A stretch of 64,000 nucleotides of DNA from a virus. The stretch is from positions 1-64,000 of the IMG/VR virus record IMGVR_UViG_3300032267_000592; one strand, written 5' to 3'. Position numbers and translations under genes: made by a program. This document shows, one piece after another, positions 57,951 to 64,000 of the stretch. Numbering within the stretch: the first letter of the stretch is position 1; every line of letters begins with the position of its first letter. The notes below the pieces were generated by a model. The model was not told the DNA's origin, did not search any database, and was given only the letters and a program-made list of their open reading frames with translations.

Positions 57951-57952
57951 AA

Positions 57953-60043
57953 TTATACAGTAGCTCTAATCCTTTCCGATTGCGCCCACCAAGACAATCT
58001 ATTATCCGATATAACATCTCGCACATCTCCCATAAGATATTCTTTACTATTAGACGATGCATTTGTACTGTTATTATTTGTAATATTAATATTTTTATTA
58101 TTTAAATTGCTCGTTTCAATCAAATTTTTATTCAAATTTAAAATTGAACTATGAACATCTTTCATTATTATTTTTAAATCAAGTAAAGATCTATCCAAAA
58201 ATCCCCCAGATTTAAATGTTAATATATTATCATCTGGGGCAGTTTCAAAATTTTGTTTACCCAATGACATTTTAATTGGAACACCCGTACTTTCTAAAAG
58301 CCCATCGTTCATTGGAACTGCTTTTTGATTATTATTTTTGTTGGGTGCTTCTGTATCCGATGAATCCGGTTTTATTGCAAGACTCTTTGCATCTGGTGTA
58401 TTTTTTAATTTGAATGATTCAGCAACCGCTTTTCCTGCGCCAGCACCCAAACTACCCTTACCTTGATATAATGATTTTTCCATCCATTCAGACACAGCAT
58501 TATCAGTTTTAAAGCCTTTTCCAGTTATAAAATTCCATATACCAGTAACACCTTTAGACAACAAATCAATCAAAAATGTAAAAATATCACCAAATCCAAC
58601 AACAAAAGAAGTTAAAACGGATATACCTTTTTGCAAAGGAGTGAGATTGTCATCACTCCAAACATCAAATAAAGTAGAGAATGCATCAACAACTGGATCT
58701 ATTAAAATAGCAATCGGTCCCAAAAATTTATCTAAAAATTTAAAAAATCCCATAATTGGTTTTACGAATGGAAATATTAATTCAAAACTAGTTTTCAACG
58801 GTGTAATCAATCCTCTTAAAAAAGAAAATGTACCTTCTATTGTTTTAGATATTAATGATATACCATCACTACCTTTAAAAAACCCCATAACATATTCAAA
58901 AATACCACTAATTACCTTACTTGATGATTTTAAAAATTCTAATCCAGAATTAATAGGAGATATTATATATTTTTCCATTTTAATTGAAATGGCGGTCGAT
59001 AATTCTTCAAATTTTGTAAAGTTTTTAGCCTTTTCTATAAACTCCGTCCATTTTAAATTTATAGAATTTGTAATTTCATCAAATTTTGTAATTTCTTTAA
59101 TTTTATCTATTAATTTTGTCCATTTATTATTAATGGATTCCATAAAACTTTCAAATCCCGGTATTTTTTTAAGTGGTTCTGTTACATATTTTTCCCACTT
59201 TAATTCAAACCATGCTTTATAATCTGCAAATTTATAAAGACCCTCTTCTTTTAAAGCTTGCATTATTTTAGAAGGTATTGTTAATATTGTTTTAATCGAT
59301 GTATATAATTCTTTTCCAAGATTTATTATACTACCAACCGTTCCAGCTAAAATTGTTCCAATTAAAACTAATGTAGACAGACCACCGAAGGAAGAATCTC
59401 GTTGTTGTGCTTCTTCACTTTTATTGCTGCTCTCTATTTTCAAAGATTGTAATTTACTTAAAAAATCTTTTAATAATAAATCTCTTAAAAATTTTTTAGT
59501 TTCATCTGAAAAATCAATTTTATTTATTTTTTCTCCAATATTTTCCTGTTCACCATCATCTTGTTTTTGATTTAAAATTTTAAAATTATCAAACAAACTT
59601 TTAAAATTTACTTGTAATGAATTTTTTAAATTTTGAAAAAAAGATTCATTTCCATTTTCATTGGGTTTTTTTATATTTTCAGGTATTAATGATGAAACTT
59701 GCGCATCTTTAATAACGCTCTCTGGCTGTTTTTTAAAATCGTTTGCATCCGGAAGTTTTACATTTAAAAAATCTTCAACCTTTTTTTTATAAGATTTTAA
59801 TTTATCTTTAAAATCATTTGATGATATATCGGTTACACCCAAAGGATCAAATATCCTTTTTATATCATCTTCTCGTATGGATTTTATTTTTTTTGAAAAC
59901 GGCTCAACGAATTTAGTTTTAAAATCGGTTCTCAATTCATTTAAATATGAATTATCACCGGAAAATAGGAACGCATTTATAAATTCTTTTGCTTCTATTG
60001 TACCGTCAATTTTAACTTGTGATAATAAATCATCTAAATTCAT
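57953..60043 (-). CDS. Tape-measure/hub-like helical protein (gp29-like)
   Basis: 696 aa with periodic W/F-rich amphipathic helices and hydrophobic segments. It follows gp26-like genes and has TATAAGTA upstream at 60050-60057. Confidence 0.55.
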   Translation of the reverse strand: MNLDDLLSQVKIDGTIEAKEFINAFLFSGDNSYLNELRTDFKTKFVEPFSKKIKSIREDDIKRIFDPLGVTDISSNDFKDKLKSYKKKVEDFLNVKLPDANDFKKQPESVIKDAQVSSLIPENIKKPNENGNESFFQNLKNSLQVNFKSLFDNFKILNQKQDDGEQENIGEKINKIDFSDETKKFLRDLLLKDFLSKLQSLKIESSNKSEEAQQRDSSFGGLSTLVLIGTILAGTVGSIINLGKELYTSIKTILTIPSKIMQALKEEGLYKFADYKAWFELKWEKYVTEPLKKIPGFESFMESINNKWTKLIDKIKEITKFDEITNSINLKWTEFIEKAKNFTKFEELSTAISIKMEKYIISPINSGLEFLKSSSKVISGIFEYVMGFFKGSDGISLISKTIEGTFSFLRGLITPLKTSFELIFPFVKPIMGFFKFLDKFLGPIAILIDPVVDAFSTLFDVWSDDNLTPLQKGISVLTSFVVGFGDIFTFLIDLLSKGVTGIWNFITGKGFKTDNAVSEWMEKSLYQGKGSLGAGAGKAVAESFKLKNTPDAKSLAIKPDSSDTEAPNKNNNQKAVPMNDGLLESTGVPIKMSLGKQNFETAPDDNILTFKSGGFLDRSLLDLKIIMKDVHSSILNLNKNLIETSNLNNKNINITNNNSTNASSNSKEYLMGDVRDVISDNRLSWWAQSERIRATV

Positions 60044-60070
60044 TTAGAATACTTATATTTGTATTCTGTT

Positions 60071-60883
60071 TTAATTTAAGAATAAAACACTATCAATAGA
60101 TATTACCTTTGTATAATCATTAAAAGATACAGTCAAAATCGAGTCTAAATCTTTTTTCCACAAATTTATATTCTCCATTATTTTTTGGATTAAACCACTT
60201 GGTAATTTTTCCACTAATTTGTTTTTATCTTCTATTTTTAAAGAAGATAAATTAATTTCTGTTTCATTTATCCAAATTTTATTTATATATTTTGAAATTT
60301 CCATTATAAATGCATCAGATATAACAATTTTTATATCATCTTGTGTTTTAATATCACTGCCTTTTTTTTGTTTTTTTGAAATTTCTTTATCATATTCTAC
60401 TTCGGTTTTAATCGTGGGTAATGTTATTTCGGCTTTTAAAAATACTGATTGATTTTTTAATTCAACTATTTCAGAATTTGGATTTTTATAAGATTTAAAG
60501 TTTTCAACAATATTATCAATTTTTATTTTACTTGTAATGTTTTTACTATCATCAAATACAACTGTCAATTCGTTTGAAATTTGTTGCTTTAAGTTAATTG
60601 CAATACATGCTTTATCTGATATTTTCAAATCATCTATAATAGATTTATCTTCATCTAAAATATTATCACGTAAAATATTATAAAACGTATTAATAAAACT
60701 TGTATTATAAACCGAATCATCTATCGCAGCACTTAATAGTTCTTTTTGTTGTTTTGCATTAATTTCTTTAAATGATAGTGTTTTTTGTAATGTTGGTATC
60801 CAAATATCAGTTTTAAATGTTTTTGATGCTTCATCTAAAAAATTTAATGCGCTTTTAAAATCTAAAATATCATTTTCTTGCAT
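60071..60883 (-). CDS. Baseplate hub assembly protein (gp26-like), copy 2
   Basis: Motifs IWIPTLQK.LSFKEINAKQQKELL, L...DK..I.I.L, LPT and LVEKLP. Confidence 0.6.
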   Translation of the reverse strand: MQENDILDFKSALNFLDEASKTFKTDIWIPTLQKTLSFKEINAKQQKELLSAAIDDSVYNTSFINTFYNILRDNILDEDKSIIDDLKISDKACIAINLKQQISNELTVVFDDSKNITSKIKIDNIVENFKSYKNPNSEIVELKNQSVFLKAEITLPTIKTEVEYDKEISKKQKKGSDIKTQDDIKIVISDAFIMEISKYINKIWINETEINLSSLKIEDKNKLVEKLPSGLIQKIMENINLWKKDLDSILTVSFNDYTKVISIDSVLFLN

Positions 60884-60892
60884 AATATTAAC

Positions 60893-61861
60893 TTATGGCA
60901 TATCATCCCCAAATTCAAGTGCTAAATCTTGTAAAGATTTATTATTATCTTGTTGCATATTTTCAGGTGATGAAGATTTAGATTGTTCCCTTTTATGGTC
61001 CTGTATTATAGAAAAATATAATTTTCTTTCATTCGGAGAAACTTTCATTATATAATCTGGTGATAACCCACAATTTGATAAAAAATATAATTCTTGATGT
61101 ATGGATTTTATATCATACGAAAAAAACAACTTTATATGTTCAATAAAACTTAAATTATAAAAATTAAATTTTTGATCACTAAACATTTGAATATCAAATA
61201 ATTGAAATTCAAATAATTTTTTTAAAAATTCAATTAGTTTTTCTGATGTTTTTTTACGAATAGAACATGGTAATTTATTAAAACACTCAGTTTTTTCAGT
61301 AAAATTAAAACGTTTCATCAGTATTTTATTTTTGTTTATTGATATATAATCTATAAATTCAACAATACTATCTTCTATAAAATTATTATAATCTTTTTCT
61401 TTTAATAAAAAATTATAAAATACTGAAATTGCACTTAAATATGGCCAATTTATTTTTATTTCTATTTTATCTTCTTTAATTATATTAGTCTCATCATATA
61501 AAAAAGAAGATGCGTTGTATAAATTATTTAAATATGACTTAAGATCTAATTTAATTTTTGTTTTTGTTTTATTTTCTGAATTAAGGAAAAATTCAATTTG
61601 ATTTCCACTACTTACTATTTTCAATTTTACCAAAAACAAAACATATTCTATTATATTAATGTCCAATAAATCATTTTTATTTTTAACACAATTAGATATG
61701 ATTTCTAAAACAAATTCATGATAATCATACAATGATGTTTTATCGGAACCAAATGACAAATTGGCTTTTGATAAAGCTAGTTGTTCACTAGTAGTTAATT
61801 CTCTAAAAAATATTTTTTTATTAGAAAATGGAAGTTCTACTGTATAGTTAAAATAATTCAC
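60893..61861 (-). CDS. Baseplate hub assembly protein (gp26-like, with a gp51-like C-terminal extension)
   Basis: Motifs YTVELPFSNKKIFFRELTTSEQ, EY..FL.KLK..S.G, WP and FNKLP. The C-terminus reads QELYFL....S.DYIMKVSP.ERKLY. Confidence 0.65.
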   Translation of the reverse strand: MNYFNYTVELPFSNKKIFFRELTTSEQLALSKANLSFGSDKTSLYDYHEFVLEIISNCVKNKNDLLDINIIEYVLFLVKLKIVSSGNQIEFFLNSENKTKTKIKLDLKSYLNNLYNASSFLYDETNIIKEDKIEIKINWPYLSAISVFYNFLLKEKDYNNFIEDSIVEFIDYISINKNKILMKRFNFTEKTECFNKLPCSIRKKTSEKLIEFLKKLFEFQLFDIQMFSDQKFNFYNLSFIEHIKLFFSYDIKSIHQELYFLSNCGLSPDYIMKVSPNERKLYFSIIQDHKREQSKSSSPENMQQDNNKSLQDLALEFGDDMP

Positions 61862-61865
61862 AATT

Positions 61866-62576
61866 TTATAAATTTTCTATAAATTCTGAACCATTGGGAT
61901 CTAATACGGCATATTTGTCATAAACAAATTTAATTTCACTATAACGCAAACCCTCTTCTTGGTGTGAATATGTTTCACCTTGAATTGATACCGGAGCCAC
62001 GTTGTAAAATCTTATTATTTTTCTAACAACCATTGGATTGTAAGAACCAGCTTTTGCATACATTACAACATCCGCAAAATTTGATTTTACATATCTATTA
62101 GAACTTTTGGGTCTTGCTATTAATCCATTATAACCAACTGAAATTATCCATGGTCTGATAATATTATCCAAAAATGAAGAATTTGTTTCCAAAAAAGTAA
62201 CATTAAATGATTGATATTTTTCTCTACCGGATGATGTTGCTGGTGCTTGAAAACCACCATAACTCAATCCCACATTACCCGCGTCTATACTTTCACTGGG
62301 TAAAACAACTTGCCTAGCGAAAACACACCCAACCATATTGCTTACGCTGGCTTGTAATTTTCCATCTAACAAGTATTTTGTCACATTTGAATTATAAGTC
62401 CATTCAGAACCAGATTCTCTAAATTTTAAATTCGCTTCAAATGTATCGGTTAACGCTTTTACGGAATTAAAATCAAAATAAACCAACCACTGACTTGCAA
62501 GTGCTATGCCAGTAGGCCATTCACCTAAAAGGTCTAAATAATAAGAATAAGGACTAGCTTTTCGATTATATGGCAT
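61866..62576 (-). CDS. Tail tube-fold baseplate protein (gp54-like tube initiator)
   Basis: Motifs ARQVVLPSE, FNVTFLET, IRPW, RFYNVAPVSI and F.YD.Y. It is adjacent to gp19 and has ATAAGTA upstream at 62582-62588. Confidence 0.6.
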   Translation of the reverse strand: MPYNRKASPYSYYLDLLGEWPTGIALASQWLVYFDFNSVKALTDTFEANLKFRESGSEWTYNSNVTKYLLDGKLQASVSNMVGCVFARQVVLPSESIDAGNVGLSYGGFQAPATSSGREKYQSFNVTFLETNSSFLDNIIRPWIISVGYNGLIARPKSSNRYVKSNFADVVMYAKAGSYNPMVVRKIIRFYNVAPVSIQGETYSHQEEGLRYSEIKFVYDKYAVLDPNGSEFIENL

Positions 62577-62603
62577 ATATTTACTTATGCCTATGATTAG
62601 AGA

Positions 62604-63146
62604 TTATCTAACTATTCTCCAATATTGATATGCCAAAGTAGCTTGCTGTTCGATTATTTCGCCAGCATTTGTTATATCCAATGACAAATCACCGATAGAA
62701 ACGCAGTATGCACCAAATAGAGTATAGGTTCTGATCGGATCGCCCATTTTATTAATTAAAGATATTGTAACTTGGTTGGATGCATCTTTACTAGGTATTG
62801 TATATGATCCTGTGCTATTTGCATCATCAAATACCTGCTTGGTCCAATCTTCAAATTTCCTTCTAATTGAAAGATTTTGAGGGATTCTAAAAGTTACCTG
62901 CCAAGCATTACTATTTGGATATGTTGCAGTTCCGGGCACATTAAAAGCTAATCCCATAAATGGTACGGGTACGTTTGTAATAGAACGTCCGGGTAATGAA
63001 GTAGTTGTGATATACATTAGTTCATTTTGGGTAAATCTACTACCACCTAATGCAATAACTCTAAATAAATTTTTACGAGCGAAATCGTTTACGATTGCAG
63101 AATCGTAAAAATTTTCTATTCCTTGTGTTTCTAGTAATCCAGCCAT
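62604..63146 (-). CDS. gp19: Tail tube protein (T4 gp19-like)
   Basis: Motifs FARKNLFRV, SLPGR, VPFMG...VPG, W.VTF, RRKFEDW and TLAYQYW. It lies downstream of the sheath gene and has TATAAGTA upstream at 63156-63163. Confidence 0.88.
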   Translation of the reverse strand: MAGLLETQGIENFYDSAIVNDFARKNLFRVIALGGSRFTQNELMYITTTSLPGRSITNVPVPFMGLAFNVPGTATYPNSNAWQVTFRIPQNLSIRRKFEDWTKQVFDDANSTGSYTIPSKDASNQVTISLINKMGDPIRTYTLFGAYCVSIGDLSLDITNAGEIIEQQATLAYQYWRIVR

Positions 63147-63189
63147 AATTTTAAATACTTATACTAATGTGTTTCGTTTTGATAATTTT

Positions 63190-63999
63190 TTAACCGTTAA
63201 GTTCAGAAAAATCAATTCCGGTTCTAGTTGCAACGAAATCTGCTAATATAAATTCAGCAGCCCTAACGGGTTTGATATAAATTGATATTTTCAATTCATT
63301 ATTATCAATTACATCAGGTGTGTTATTACGTTCATCGCATATTAACTGATAGTCATATAATCCATCATTTAATTTTGCCTGTTCAAAAATAGGAAGTAAT
63401 GCACCTTTTAATCTATTTCTAGTTGCAAACGTATTTGGTTCAAAAACAAAATACTTCAATAATGCTTTTGTTTCTTTTTCTAAAGTCAAGAACAAACGAC
63501 GAACATTTACACGATCAAATGCAGATGGCTTTTTGAACATTGTTTTTTGACCATAGATTACAAACCCATCATTATTAAAGAATGCAATTGGATTCATGTT
63601 AATTTTATATAACAAGTCTCTTTGTTTTTGTGTTGGATTGATAGCAACATCATAAACATTTACAAGAGTTCCTCTATTGAATCCAGCTGGTGCAATCCAA
63701 GGGAATGATTGCTGAGATGTTGATGCATAAATAGCCGCTGCAAATCCGGATGAAGGTGCCCAAATTTGACGATTTGAAGTTGTATCATTTATTTTTAACC
63801 AGTTTGCATACACAGAAACATAACTACTTTGTATTGCTGCAAATTGATTTTTTAATGTCCAATAAATTTTATCAGAGAAGACATACTCTTTTCTAGAAGA
63901 TGTTTTTGTGTTTTGACCATTTATAAATATATTTCTAATTGGATCTGCAATAAAAACATGATCTTTTCTGGTTTTATCTGCCAAAGCTACAAAAGGTCC
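63190..63999 (-). CDS. gp18: Tail sheath protein, C-terminal part (T4 gp18-like; runs off the window)
   Basis: Motifs PWIAPAGFNRG, QRDLLYK..MNPI, YGQKT, SAFDRVNVRRLF, FEPN, CDERNNT and IKPVRAAEFI. The frame is open to the window end. Confidence 0.95.
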   Translation of the reverse strand, partial: GPFVALADKTRKDHVFIADPIRNIFINGQNTKTSSRKEYVFSDKIYWTLKNQFAAIQSSYVSVYANWLKINDTTSNRQIWAPSSGFAAAIYASTSQQSFPWIAPAGFNRGTLVNVYDVAINPTQKQRDLLYKINMNPIAFFNNDGFVIYGQKTMFKKPSAFDRVNVRRLFLTLEKETKALLKYFVFEPNTFATRNRLKGALLPIFEQAKLNDGLYDYQLICDERNNTPDVIDNNELKISIYIKPVRAAEFILADFVATRTGIDFSELNG

Positions 64000-64000
64000 A

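Noticed and set aside
58641-59222. 193-aa plus-strand ORF and other antisense or nested ORFs (e.g. 7400, 8345, 35946, 48407, 31889)
   Set aside because: They lie wholly opposite or inside well-supported genes, have no motifs, and look like codon-bias shadows.
1-64000. Giant eukaryotic virus (NCLDV), suggested by the exostosin, GT32, GT77 and chitosanase genes
   Set aside because: The contractile tail sheath and tube, T4-type terminase, gp55, gp32 and sigma70-type promoters identify a tailed bacteriophage.
1-64000. Stop-codon reassignment, as seen in some jumbo phages
   Set aside because: Core genes are full length in the standard code, coding density is high, and TAA, TGA and TAG all end genes at sensible positions.
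1-64000. CRISPR array, tRNA genes, DGR/retron, integrase or transposase
   Set aside because: I saw no spaced direct repeats, cloverleaf-like GC-rich segments, or reverse transcriptase or recombinase motifs, and the intergenic gaps are very short. This was a by-eye scan only.

Overview
This is a 64-kb, very AT-rich, gene-dense segment of a large T4-related contractile-tailed bacteriophage (myovirus, probably jumbo-size), read in the standard bacterial code. From left to right it contains: the end of a tail-fibre-like gene; a minus-strand block (gp15, GroES, gp62-like, primase, kinase, chitosanase-family lysin plus holin, GIY-YIG nuclease); a plus-strand recombination/replication block (uvsY, uvsW, gp55, gp47 ... 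gp46, gp43, uvsX, gp41, gp32, gp45); and a minus-strand tail/packaging block (gp5-like, gp27-like, gp3-like, gp17, gp53-like, gp48/gp54-like, gp26-like, gp19, gp18). The most striking element is a 15.4-kb, 20-gene glycan-building island between gp47 and gp46. It holds about 15 apparently soluble glycosyltransferase-like proteins from many families, 3 methyltransferases, a HAD-nucleotidyltransferase fusion and a phosphodiesterase-like protein, and it has no membrane or export components. Other notable points are a gp5 split into two genes with two wall hydrolases inserted inside its OB fold, a variant late promoter (TAAGTA/GTAAATA), early promoters with mostly 16-bp spacers feeding near-leaderless mRNAs, and a candidate promoter-plus-unwinding-element origin. 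All assignments come from motif recognition and synteny by eye; no searches were run.
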